Assembly: GCA_047967505.1 (NCBI GenBank) | Contig: CM106538.1 | DNA: 64,000 nucleotides | Source of the DNA: Dipteris shenzhenensis | Taxonomy: Eukaryota | Reading direction: 5' to 3' (one strand) | In this document: piece by piece, positions 50,390 to 63,120 of the stretch | How the letters are laid out: each line of letters begins with the position of its first letter | Position numbering within the stretch: the first letter of the stretch is position 1 | The notes under the pieces: model-generated | The model's database searches: none | Told to the model about the DNA's origin: nothing | The model's input: only the letters and a program-made list of their open reading frames with translations | Program-made: the position numbers and the translations under genes

Positions 50390-50428
<39 letters not shown>

Positions 50429-50518
50429 GCGAATGAAAATACTAGTTTGAAGAAATGTAGAGGTTTGGTAACAAAGCCAACAAGAGAGAAATGGAGTGAG
50501 CGGGAGAGGGAGAGTGGG

Positions 50519-50613
<95 letters not shown>

Positions 50614-50620
50614 GGGGGGA
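50390..50620. repeat. (GA)n microsatellites and a poly-G run upstream of the Ulp1-like gene
   Basis: Directly visible. Confidence 0.95.
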
Positions 50621-50889
50621 TGGAGGGAGTGGGAAATCACATTTCAATATGTGATATTTTTTGAATAAGACATTGTCAGACTGAGAATTTGTTCTATATC
50701 TCAAAAAAGACTTTTTTATTTGTACTTGATAGTTGTTTACACATAAAATATTAGTTCTTGGTCTAACATTTTGGAATATTTTTTATTTTTTCTAATTTCC
50801 ACCATATTACGTTGGCCCTCTTGCCATTGGTTGAGAGCTAATTTTCATTTTCCAGCCAAAGGGACCCAAAATGAGCTCCTTTTTTCCTA

Positions 50890-51420
50890 ATGCAATATTA
50901 TGTAGTGTAAGGAATACTAAACATAGATTGAAGGATCATGGTATGGGTCCCTATAGGATCGTGAAAATCACTCCACAAGGGATGTGGCAAATTGTGACAA
51001 TGCGGCTGTAAGCTTAAACGCTACTATGGCTTGCTGACTTAACAAGCCCTCCAAACCATCCATCCCAAAAAGGAAAAAAAGAAGTAGATGATGATCTTGA
51101 AGAAACAAGCACAAGAGGAGGCTAAGGCCCAGAATGCCAAGCTTTTCCCAAACCCAATTATGCCCATCTATAAGGCTACTCTGGAAAGTGATAACACCCT
51201 AGATAACTAACATTCAATCCATCTAAGTTGTATGTGAACCTATAGATCTCTATTATGTTGATCACTCCGCAACTCATGTGTTGGTGGAGCTAGGGGCTAT
51301 CCTCACTCAAGAGGTATGGGAACAACTACTAGAGGTACCTCTCACACCTAAGCCTACTACAATTAGAGTTATAAATGGTCAAACTATGCATGCTATGTGT
51401 TATGTTAACATAAAAATATG
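50890..51420 (+). mobile_element. Gypsy fragment of the same family as 29.5-43 kb (integrase C-terminus plus second protease region)
   Basis: NTKHRLKDHGMGPYRIVKITPQG parallels NTKHKLK*RGMGPYHVVEITPQG near 32880; VINGQTMHAMCYVNIK parallels VINGQILSTLGYVDLK near 33355. Confidence 0.75.
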
Positions 51421-51438
51421 TCCACACCCGTAGGTGAA

Positions 51439-54400
51439 CTACCTTCTTGGCCCAATGCCGAGTCTCTGAAGATGACCCTGAAGCTGATCCTTCCCGAGTG
51501 CCTTGGTGAAGATATCTACTCCATTTTGCTCTGTTGGACAGTAGACCAATTCCACTATCCCATCCTCAATCAAATCACACACATAGTGATACTGAATCTC
51601 TATGTTTTGTGCGCGTAGCTTTTCCGGTGGTGTAACAACACGTTGGTAACTTATACCTTCATTATCCGATATTTCCTCCTCCTTTATAGCTCCTGGGACA
51701 GGTCCATAGTGAATTACCTCTTTGCTTGATGATAAAGTGGAAGAGCTCTTCTCTGCCTCCATTGCATGTGGCTGCTCCCTGAACACCACATCGCGGCTCA
51801 CTATGATCTTCTTTGCCTCTCTGTCATACAACTTATAGGCTTTCTTCTCATCACAATAGCCTAAAAAGATACATTTGGTGCTTTTTGGTTGTAGCTTATT
51901 TCTCTCTTTGTCTGGTACATGCGCATAGCATTCACACCCAAACGTTCTAAAATGGGAGACATATGGCTTCTTACCACTGTAAGCCTCATGTGGTGTTTTA
52001 CCTTTGAGTGCCTTTGTATAGCTGTGATTAAGGACGTAAACTGCAGTATTGATAGCCTCAGCCCAAAAATAGTTTGGTAGTCCAGCATCTTTCAACCTAC
52101 ACCTCCCCATCTCCACGGTGGTCTGCATTCGGCATCCAACAACTGAATTTTACTGAGACATCTCGTGTTGTCGTTTGTCGCTTAATCCCTTTGCTCTTGC
52201 AAAAATCTCCAAACTCTGTAGAAACAAACTCACCACCACCATCCGATCTTATTTTCTTCACTTTTCTCCTTGCTTCATTTTCAACAAGCTGTAGCCATTC
52301 TTTTAATTTACCAAAATCTTGAAGCCTTTTCGCAAAGAAAGTACACCCATATCTTCCTATTATAGTCATCGACAATCAATAAAAAATAGGAAGATCCCCC
52401 CAAGGCCTGTTTAGGCATCTTACCGCACAAGTCAACATGCACCAACTCTAGATGAGTGTTTGCTCTATTCTTGCCTTCTTGTGGGAATGCCTTTCTCTAT
52501 TGCTTACCCATCATGCAAGCTTCACACGGTTCTTTGATTTCTACTACTGCAGGTAAGTGAGCAACCATACCTTGCTTCTGCATCTCCTTCAGCACTGCAA
52601 ATCTGATGTGCTCGAATCTTTCATGCCAAAGTTTGCTTGTGCCCACTCTAGCGGTGGCTGTAAGAGCACTTAGCTCATACAGGTTGTTCCTCCTCACTCC
52701 TGCGCCAACAAGATTGCCAGCACTATCCAAAATTTTCGCTCCTGTCTTGTTGAACCTCACCTCATGGTCAAGGTCAGTTATGGAAGCAAATGATAGCAAA
52801 TTTCTCTTGATTTGTGGAACATATAGCACATTAGATAGTTTCTAACATCTCCATTTATAGAAATAAATGAAACCGTACCTATACCCTTAACAGGGCATTT
52901 TGCGTTATTACCAACTGTCACCGTGATGGGTTCCTGTAGAGGCTACATTGAACAATATAGATCTTTCTTGCAAGTCATATGATGGGAGGCACCACTATCC
53001 AACACCCATGAATCAGTGATTGAAGCTTCTTGAACTGAGGAACACTCTTCCTCAATGGCCAGAAATAGATCCAACTCTACTTTTGCTGTGTTAGCTATCT
53101 CTTTCCCCTTATCTGTCTTCTTCAAGGTACCATTCTTTTCATCTGCTTTCTTGACCCGCCAATCTACAATCACATGGCCCTTCTTCTTGTAGTAGAAGCA
53201 TTCTCTCTGAAACTTCTTCTTACCACCCTTCTTCTTTTTGTCACCACTAGTAGAGGACTCACCTTTAGTGAAAGAACCACGTTTGTCTTTCGCAATGGGC
53301 AAAGAACGCAACATCCCCATTGCCACCTCCATCTCGAGCTTTAAGCCTCAATTCCTCCTCCATAAGTAAAGCACGGAACTCCTCAAATGACAATGGTTGG
53401 GGTCTCACCTAAGTGTTAAGCATTGTTACCAGTCCAACAAACCTTGGTGGACATATCCGAAAACACCGCCGAGCTAGCTCTTTGCTAGTTTTTTTAATTC
53501 CAGTACTAGCCATCTTGTTACACAAATTTTTGATTCGGGTTATGAATGCCTCTGCTGTCTCTCCTTCATTAAACTTCTCAGCTGCGAGCTAATTCTCTAG
53601 GTTCTGGATCCTTTTTTGATTCCGCATCTCATACTGACTCTTCAATATGTTCCAGGCCACTGTTGCCTTAGATGTATGCTGAATCAAGGTCAAAACACTA
53701 TCAGTAGTACTTGTAACCAGGGCACACAGAGCATTTGTGTTCCTGCATTTCCAAGCTCGTAGAAGGTCGGCATTAGGAGGTATCGTACTCTCCGGATTTG
53801 CTGGGTTGGGGATTCCTTGCGGTTCTGGGTCAGTCCTCAGTATTGTCTCTAGAAGCTCATACGAATCCAGAATAGCAGTAATTTCAAACTTCCATAGAGT
53901 GTAGTTCATACCAGATGTCTTGCTTGCCTTTAGTGAAGGCTAGTGGGCGAATCCTCAATGCCTGGATTATTGGTGCAGCTGCTGAACTTGAGCCGCTTCT
54001 TGTTGCCATCACTCCATATGCTATTGAAGCCTTCGCCTCTCTTCTACTCATCGATCATTAGAGCCGCCTGGGCTCTGATACCATGTTAAATGACACGGTG
54101 CAGCGGAACAAAAACTGAACAAAGAATAAAGAGTACACAGCAAACCAAAGAGGAATAGAATTTTCCTTCAATACTGATGCAGTACAGACGATGGCTCCAT
54201 CCACCCATGTGCTCCCACAGTGGAGCTTAGATGGCAATCTAGACAAATACTAGATGAAGAGCTACTAACTGGAAGATCTGATCTGATCTAAATTGATCTG
54301 ATACAATGGACTGGGGACGTCGTCTCTTTATAGCTATGAGGGCGATAGTCAGATCAATGTAGTCAGTGGAACTGACCAATCAACCTAGTCGGTGGAGCCG

Positions 54401-54679
54401 ACTAGTCAACCTAGTCGGTGGAACCAACTAATTGTCCATGGAATATTCAGGAAATATTTCCTATACCGTCGCCAGGCCCCAGCAAGAATAAGGGACTTCC
54501 ACACAATCATCTTTCTACCATCAATGGTCTCATTGATAGACCTCATCTGACATGCAAGTCAAGATCCATTCAGTGTCCCAGGCTCACACATGGCTTCTCC
54601 TCATATGGGAGCCTTACAACTTGAGCAGCTTGGACCACTGCTGGTTATCAGGAGGGTGGGGCATTGAGCATATCTAACA
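51439..54679 (-). mobile_element. Ty1/Copia element (minus strand) lacking RT and 3' LTR
   Basis: 5' LTR 54084-54679 (TGTTA...TAACA); reverse PBS GCTCTGATACCA 54072-54083; gag 53589-53909, protease WVLDSGASHHM, integrase IRSDGGGEF; post-integrase sequence joins directly to the RNase H C-terminus near 51612. Confidence 0.92.
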
Positions 54680-57127
54680 ATTGTTTCATGTCCACCAATG
54701 ACAAATTTTGAAATACATCAACAATATTCTCATATCGTTTTTGTCCTTTTTTCACTTTGATCATGCATGTAGTCATACACTAATGATCATCTGAATTATA
54801 TCCATCAACATCCATAAGCATGTCATCTTGAATTCCACCTACAAGCAATAATAAGCATGAATTTGCAAGCGCAATTGTAATTCTCTTGAATCTAAAAACA
54901 AGGTTTAGATTTAGAAAATGATTTTCATCTCAAAAAGAGCTTGATATGATTACCTTATCCTCTTCTTTACGGTGGCTTCATCTTCCACCAAGATGAAAGG
55001 AATCCTTAACATGATCCCATGCTTTTCTTTCTCCTTTTTATAAATTTTAGCGAAATATACCCATGTATACTTGGTACAAATTGAGTGGCAAGTCTTTTCG
55101 CTTTCTTTGTTGTTGATAAATAAGGTCCATTGAGATTGGAACTCAAGAAGACATGTAATCTTGGGCCTGCCGAGTCCCCACATTCTTGCAGCCTCAAATA
55201 TTACCTTTGTATTCTCACTGTATCTTTGTCCTGTACTTGACTTGATTATGTTTGTAGCAACATCTTATATAGAAATTACCATAAGGCAAATTTACAACCA
55301 AACTTGTCCAACATATGGGCTTCAATTATATTGTTGCAAAACCTTTTTATATCTTTTCAATTGAGAGACTCTATGCTGGCTTCTCTTAGAGTCCAAACTC
55401 TTATAGAAAGAATGGCAAGCTGAGAATTTTCCCACCATAGTTGCATAGAAAGGCTATTGCTTGCCTTTTAGTAAAAAAGTTACATTTTTAATCTCACTCT
55501 TTGTAAGAAAATCCTCTCTTATTCTCAACCTTGTCTTCTCTATATAATCTCATTCTAAAATCAACAAGTTTAACTATCCCTTTGCAATGGTGGCATGTAA
55601 ATCCTTCAAGTGGCTTCCGATATTGTGAAATTTTCATGCAACTTATGTGATGAAAGCATCCATCCACATGAAAGTCATTACCTCCATCATGTTAACATGA
55701 TACTCTATAAAACAATTCTTTCCACCACATTGATAATCTAAGAAAGGCTTTATCTTAACACATTTCTTGCCTACTATACTTTGATATCATGGTTCCAAAT
55801 GCCCCAATACAACAAGTTGAGATTTACAAAAGAACTTTAATTCTCTTTAGTATGATTTGAATTAGGAGAGAAAGCACATGTACACGTGCTTCCAATTTTT
55901 GAAAAAAAATATCTGCATATACCAAATCCACACATTCATATAACTTGCACACAACTTATCGTGCATGATACAAAATGCATGTCCAAGAAAAAGAAATATA
56001 AAACCACATCCCTCTTTGAGAGAGCCCAAGAACCTGCCCTCAAGAGTGGTCCCATCTAGTCCCAAAACCTTGAGGGCATAGGGGCCAAGAACCAATCCCT
56101 TGGCTAGGCCTTTGATGGAGCTCAGAAGAAGACTAGAAAAAATTGCCTCTCAAGTTTAAGCAATGAGAATGAACTAAAGAACCTTTTATGTAGAAATGAA
56201 AAAAGCCGTAAAAGTCTAGGGGCATGTCCTTAGAAGTAGTCCCATGTAGCCCCATTGCCTGATGGGCGTAGGGACCAAGAACCATTTCTATAGCCAAGCT
56301 CTAAGTGGGGCTTAGGAGAAGTGAGTAAAATGCATATGAGGAAAGTTGGTATCATTCTTGCAAGAGGCACTACATAGAGTCTAGGCCATTCAAAAGAAAC
56401 CTAGGCTAATGTATGTGAAATCATACCATATGCAAATTCCATAAATTTATTGGTTATTGTTAATGATATAGAGTATCTATATATAATGGAGTTTAAGTAA
56501 ATGTTTATCAAGATTTAAATTAAGATTATGACAATCAACAATCATACAACAAAGTGCATATAATGACACTCCCTCTAGCCAAGTCAAAGCATCATATTTT
56601 AAAAAAAAATCGATCATGTTTAGTCTAAATAAATAACCATGTGTCTAAGACTAAACAACTATTCCATGCCATAAGCTACAACAACACCTAAATCCAAATG
56701 AACAACCAAGTGTTAGCCTATTTATTTAATATCTATGTACCTACTAAGAAACAACTTTAAAAGCCAAATAAACGACCAAGTATTGGAGCCTTCTAATATT
56801 GATGAATGATACATATAGTCAAATGATATGACCTTATGAAGCTAATTCAAAATTAATATAAAGGAGCCCTTAAAATGACATTAAAAGTCGAGTATTACGA
56901 CCAAGTGTCGAAATGCAGACTTACTTATCTAACTACAATTGCAAATGAGTTATACAACCTTGTATAGAGCGATAAGCTCCCCATCTTATGCTATGTTGGA
57001 AAGCTTCCCAAATGACCAGGTTCACTCCTCTTCTCTCTTTCCTTGATTCTACCATCCTAACCTCTTCTCTCCCCACCTAAACGTACCATGGATGATTCCA
57101 AGACCCTATCGTGGCTTTTTACAGACG

Positions 57128-57166
57128 GTGGGAGCACTGGTTGTATATGACATAACCAGGAAGCAG
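57128..57166 (+). other. 13-codon fragment resembling a RabA/Rab11 GTPase (VGALVVYDITRKQ)
   Basis: Translation matches the Rab11 consensus AVGALLVYDITRxxTF; a TTTTACAG acceptor-like site lies just upstream; no other Rab exons found. Confidence 0.5.
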
Positions 57167-57631
57167 GCCACGCTCTGCCCATACGCGTAGCTGGAAGTGC
57201 TGCCATCAGGATGGCAACTTTGAATGGACCGGGAATGTTGAGATAGACATTGATTGTTTCGTAAGAAAATCTATTGAAGATTCGTCAGGTGGGCTTTTGT
57301 CACTGTAACTCAAGTTGGTGTAGCTAATCTAGATCTTGCTAAATCATTCAAGAAGGCTTGATGAGTAGAAACAAGGACCAAAGCACTTCTCAAAGTTCCA
57401 ATCCGTCTTCTTTCTTCATGTAGTCCAATTTTGCCAAGATTACGGGCAACAGAACCGAGCTTCCAAGATGTTCAACTTCTTGGAAAGCCTATTCTCCGAC
57501 CTCCCAAGTAAATTCTGGAACAACTGATCCACCCGTTGGTCTGTTCTGCACCACGATGTATCCAGGCACCCCTGACGCCAAAGTCAATTCGGTGTACTAT
57601 ATTGACATGGAGCAACGTCCTTCGATGATAG

Positions 57632-57998
57632 TTGGCTCCCCTCGTATGTCGCACTCTCTACTCCTACGTCAACGATGACGAAAGACAACAAGCACAAGCA
57701 GCAAATTCTAGAGATGAAACCCAGAAGCGAGTGGATTCACAATGGAAGCTTGAGGAGTGCAAAAAGGGCTCCAAGCATTGGGCTTTGGCTCCATTGGTAT
57801 GTCTTTACTCCTACAACGACGAAAGACAACACATAGAAACCCAGAAACGAGCAGTGGAAGCAGCTTGAGGAGTTCAAACAGGGCTCCAAGCATTGGGCTT
57901 TGGCTGCGTTGAGATCTCTCTACTCCTACAACGATGTCTTTAAAAGCGAGTTGATTTGCAGTGGAAGCTTGAGGAGTTCAAACAGGGCTCCGAGCGTT
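57632..57998. repeat. Three degenerate tandem units (about 100-150 bp)
   Basis: 'ttggct...tactcctac...agcttgaggagt...agggctcc' at 57632, 57785 and 57900. Confidence 0.85.
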
Positions 57999-60649
57999 CA
58001 GCCAGTGTACATCTCACAAATGGTCGAGTGCTGCTCCTTCATGACGTCTTGCTCATTCGAAGTATATGAAAGAGCCTTGTTTCTGTTGCGTCCCTCACGC
58101 TACGAGGAAGAGAATCAGATGTGGATGTCCACCTCTAATGAGAACCATCACACGTTAATACCTCGTACCTATATGATCTCAGAAAACAAGTGGATCCTCA
58201 ATCCTAATCACAGTACGCAACATCAACATTTCAGGTCACACTGAATGATCCCATTGAGCCTCATGATTGCAGGTGCATGAGAGCTCTTGAAAGAGTCAAG
58301 CTAGGGTGGACGCCAACAAGCCATCGTCAAAACTAGCCCACTCAATAACAATGAGCGGACTTTAGAGGCGATAGTGTTGTATTTTCTCTTCAGCGTAGCT
58401 TTCACTCCAAGCTACAGACTCCAGCAACAACAAGGCCACTACCACTTTGCCCTCGGCAGGATCACCCAACCTTATTGCAGCCTCTCAAGAATTGCTCATT
58501 TGAGCCATCTTCATTTCGGTCACCCGATTTTTTAGACCATCTCGAGGCTTGCCAGTTCCTAGCATGTTGCTGCCCTCCAGACTGCGCCCTGCTCGACCTA
58601 GTTGTTAAACGATTAAACAACGGAGAGAGAGATCGACCAGCCTTTAAAAGACATATAAGGTGATCTTACTTATAGGCAAACACGAACCGAGAAAGCCAAT
58701 CCACACAACTTGAGCAGCCACCAGAGTGAACAATGGCCACTGGGCTGCGCCCGCCCAACCCATGGCGAAGCGTCAATTGTTCCACAAATCTCGCACTCTG
58801 CGGGCAAGACTCCCTGGGACACACGTTGGGATTTGAAGTCTGAACCTATTGCCACATACGTGCAAGTCTTGTCCACCAAACTATAGCGGTATATATACTA
58901 ACTTCCCGCAGCGCAGATTTTAATACATCTTGGGCCTAAGCTAAACAAAGAATCTTGGGAAAGATCCTATCCAATATTCAAACCTCACGTGACATGCAAC
59001 CACCCAATCACTACCATAAAGAGAGCTTTGAAAAAGCCATCCATATTAGGTGGCTTCCTCCACTAATAACTATAAATTCCATTTAGGACCTATTCTCCAA
59101 CTCCATAACTCCATGCTAATCCTGTGTACAACCATATCCATGACAACTCCGAGAGATTTTGGCATTGTCCTTCTAACTAATCCACCACTAGATGCCACAA
59201 ACAACAAGATGATATTTTTAGGCATTGTGTAGCATATATAGTATCTCAAGGAAAGCTACAGTCTAAAGAAGCTAGCAATGATCTTCTTTAATCTCTAAGA
59301 TATCATACGTAAGAATCTTCTTTAGGCTCTTAATATAGCAGACACAAGGGCTTATGTTCTCCCAACATAGAAATAGATTTATTCTTTAATCTCTGAAGGT
59401 AGAATAGGTAAGAGTCTTCTTTATGCTCTCAATGTGTAGACACAAGGGCTTATGTTCTCGTTTACTTTGATTTGATCATGTTCACCAGATTCTAGTTCGA
59501 ACTATCACCAATATTGATGCTTAAGGTACTTGCTAATCTACAACTCTTGGCACAAGTGTGTGAGAAACCCTCAAGCATAATGGGATTCTCACTCAATGCC
59601 GAATTTTCCTTTTACTTTGATACCATGTTTGTATAGGGATATTATTTTTTTCCAAGTGCAAGAAGTCTTTTGAATAGGGATATCTAAAGATAAATACCTT
59701 ACTTCTTTATTCTCCAAGGTTCTATCTGGTGGATTTAATTATAGAAGAGGCTCTCCACAATCTATCATCTTTTAAAGAATAGATCAATTGTTTGGGAGCA
59801 TGAACGGTCTTGTATGCTCATTTATTTCTCTACTTTGTCAATTTGGTTTGCTAGTAAACAATACCATTCATACTATCCTCTACCTCCATAGCTATCTAAA
59901 CCCTAAAAAATGTAGAAGTCCACTTGTTGAAAAGTATAGAATCTGAAGATGGTCTTTTGTTTTTATTTTTTTAATTAACAATATTCTTAAAGTGTTCGGT
60001 CCATTATTTTTTAAATTAATAGGCATGGTATTTACAAGAGATCACAACTTATCATGTATGCTCTCATTATGCTTCCCATAAATTTTCCAAATTTAAAATT
60101 AAAGGTGACAAAATTATTGCGAGCTAGTGACCACATGTCCATTGAACGTGTACACTCACATTCTTTCTACTATAAATTGAAGAAAGACATTCTTAGCTAA
60201 GAGAATGGCAACACCATCATGATGACCTTTGCTGAATGGAATACTAAAATCCCTTTCAATAAGATGCCACTTCTAGGCATTGTGCAACATATATGCACTT
60301 TTTTAGTGCTTTTGGAACTCGAGATAAGAATTTTGAACTCCAATCATTTTAAATTTAAGATCCAAACTTTTGCAATTTTTGGATCTTTTCCCTCTCTATT
60401 TCCAGCATTTTCTACATCTTTCATGCACACCTTATGAAGGAAGACACATAATGAGTGTGTTTTCACCCAAGAATATGGATTTGTGCCAAAAAGGGTTGAG
60501 CAAAACTCAAGTTCAAAAGTACAGATCTTCACAAATTTTTTACTTAAGTCTCTCCTCTTCATGTCCTTATTCCCCTTGCACAACCTTGGCAAGTTGCATA
60601 CCATTTAATTTGACTTTTGATCTCACATGTTTTTTCTTCCATTGAAATA

Positions 60650-60790
60650 GCTCAACATAGTAAGGAGCCTCCAATGCCCATGTAGAGACATGTTTTGACC
60701 CCTAGGGATTAATTTCACAATGCCAGTATTTATGCTCCTAGGCAGATAACCCTTGTGAAAATAGTGATGAACTGAAGCCGCTATCTTGGA
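60650..60790 (-). mobile_element. LINE (L1-like) reverse-transcriptase fragment
   Basis: KGYLPRSINTGIVKLIPRGQNMSLHGHWRLLTML matches the L1 GxLPxxINxGxIxLIPK...WRPITLL motif. Confidence 0.75.
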
Positions 60791-61134
60791 CAAATGGCTG
60801 ACGGTGGCTGACAAATACCTTTGCAATCTCTCCTTCATAAATTAATGAGGTTAAATGTCCCCCTAGATAACTTTTAATGGAAATTCAATTAAATAGATCC
60901 CTCCCCTCCGTCTCACGAATCAATGAGGTTAAGCTAAACAGGGGATCTACTGGTATATGTGCAATGCCCACCTTTCATATGTAACCACCAATGTTCCATA
61001 GTGCTCTTTTGTAAGGCCCCCATTATGAGGAGAAGCCATGGTGTGAGCACTGGACATTGGTAGGATCCTAGTTTTGACACTAGATGAGGTCTCATGGTGA
61101 CCGTTTGATGGTTAGGAGATGATAGAAGGATCAA

Positions 61135-61620
61135 TGTACTCCTCGGGGGTTTGGGGGTAGCGCCGTTGATGGGGGTACGGGGACAACGCCCCCAACGGTG
61201 GGGTCTGAGACCTACATTGCATGCGCATGATCATTCGGGTGTGAATTTGTAGTCGTGCACGTGATCGATGGTCGGTGGTCAATGGTCTTTGGCCGGTGGC
61301 AAAAGCCAAGCAATATGTGCCATCGTCCTCGCACTGTCACACACTGTGCTAAGTCAATATGCATCTGCTACCGCCAATCCACCTTTGTGGTGGAATTTGT
61401 CTACTACGAAGGGCTATATAAGGAGGCCACTTCTCAAGCCTCAACATCGAATGCCAATACCCCTACCTCTAGTCCTTCTCCATTTAGAGTCTATCTAGAT
61501 CGCCATCGAAGCTCTACTTGAGAGCGCATGGGTGGACAGCACCAATAGTTGTATCTGATACGAAATTTTTATTCAACTCTATTGTGTCTATCCTCTTGTT
61601 TTGTCCTATCGTTGTTGTCA
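61135..61620 (+). repeat. Probable solo LTR
   Basis: TG start with repeated GGGG..CGCCCC units, CTATATAAGG TATA box near 61414, T-rich U5-like tail ending TGTCA; no TSD confirmed. Confidence 0.45.
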
Positions 61621-62449
61621 AATGATCTCTTCGTTGCATTGTATCTCTATAGGATCTACCCCTAAACCGTTGCTCATGCTTGACCTTGACAAAACCTTTC
61701 ATTGCATGCCTTTTGATTTTGGAATTCCAAAATCTTCTTGGCAGCTTAGTAGGACTCTAAAAATCCACTTTTGCCAATTTTTAAGATTCTAGAATCCCAA
61801 ATAGAGCTATTTTGTTTTTTTACAACCAAATAAAGCTTTAAGGTTAGGATCCAAATCCCAATCTTCATATGAAATGGATTTTGGAATCCTAATTTCCTTT
61901 AGACTAGTTCTAAAGAACCATTTCTTGAAAATAAGACTTCCAAGGTTTGGATTTTGGGATCCTTTTTTTTGGTGGTTTTGGAATGGGGTACTCCGATTGA
62001 GAATTGGAAATTTTCTTTTTTTTGGATGTCGTCTATTGTTTTCGTGTAAATGTGTTTCAACATTTATGAACAATTGACCCAAATTTTACAAACAATATTT
62101 ATCTCCTTAGACCTCACTCTATAGCTCAAATTAACAAAAACTTGTTTCTTATCTTTTTCAAATATAGGAACTCTCATAAAAAATATCTTTGTGGAATCCC
62201 AAAACATGAACCCCAAATTACATAATGTTTTCTAAAAAACTATATTTTTAGAATGGAAACTAAACAAGACAAGTTAAAGACCAACCTTCACTTAAAACTT
62301 GTACAAAAGGATTTCAAAAAAATTAAAGGTTCTTGCTAGTGGGACACACACATGATCAAATTGATCAAATGTTCAATAGATTCTCTCTCAAATTTGCAAA
62401 GAAAAGTGTTTAATCTTCTACGAATTTGCAATGTGTAGCAAGATGCATA

Positions 62450-63120
62450 TGTTTCAATGCCTACCATAGAAGTAGTTGAGGAGACATATGGTTTTAGAGC
62501 ACATGCAACTAGCAAAGGTATCTATGACCCATCCTTTATGCAGCTCAATGATCATAGCTTTCATCATAAATTTAAAATAGAGAAAAAGGATGAAAAATAC
62601 TCTCATGTGGAGCAAAAAATATTCCAACTCTGAAACATGGCTCCCACAAGATGGACTCAAATTTTTATTATCCATTCGAGTACATGGAATAGTTTGAGCT
62701 AAGCACATGCTACTCTCTTCCACAAGTGAGACAACAAGGTACCAAAAAGATAATTGTTTGATGGATTGTCTTCAATGCTTGAATGAAATTTAGGAGGCAG
62801 TATGGGGTGTACATGAAAGTACACTACAATGGTGGCACAATTTTTTGCACAGTGAGAGAGACTCATTGAGGAGAAATGATGCAATTCAGCTCAATGTACC
62901 CATTTGTGTAGCGTGAAATTGAAGTTTATAACACAAGCAATATGGATTGTAGTGCTGCAGTCAACGAAATGCCAATTGGAGAAGAGTTATTAATAATGGT
63001 CCATGGAGAAACTAGGGAAATGTATGCTAGCCCTAGGAAATCAACCATCTGATGACAAGATTTTAACAAAGAGCAATTCGCGATTCGATTGAAAATTATG
63101 CATGAGAGAAGGCTCATTCA
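62450..63120 (-). mobile_element. Very degenerate LINE ORF2 C-terminal remnant (tentative)
   Basis: Fragmentary Trp/Cys-rich readings such as IEDNPSNNYLFG; heavily broken. Confidence 0.25.

Noticed and set aside
50895-50910. GTAGTG as a CACTA right terminus upstream of the Ulp1-like gene
   Set aside because: It falls within Gypsy integrase-derived sequence (LCSVRNTKH aligns with LYSIPNTKH near 32870), and no matching left TIR was found.
54700-55900. Possible zinc-finger/hAT-like gene remnant on the minus strand
   Set aside because: Too degenerate to support any family call.
57632-57998. CRISPR-like array
   Set aside because: Eukaryotic context; units are degenerate tandem copies, not identical repeats with unique spacers.
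58245-58300. miR171-like precursor (ATTGAGCC plus small stems)
   Set aside because: Only the first 7-8 nt match and there is no extended hairpin.
59280-59630. Degenerate reverse PBS (ACTTTGATACCA) and a ~100-bp duplication as another LTR element
   Set aside because: No recognisable gag/pol or paired LTR.
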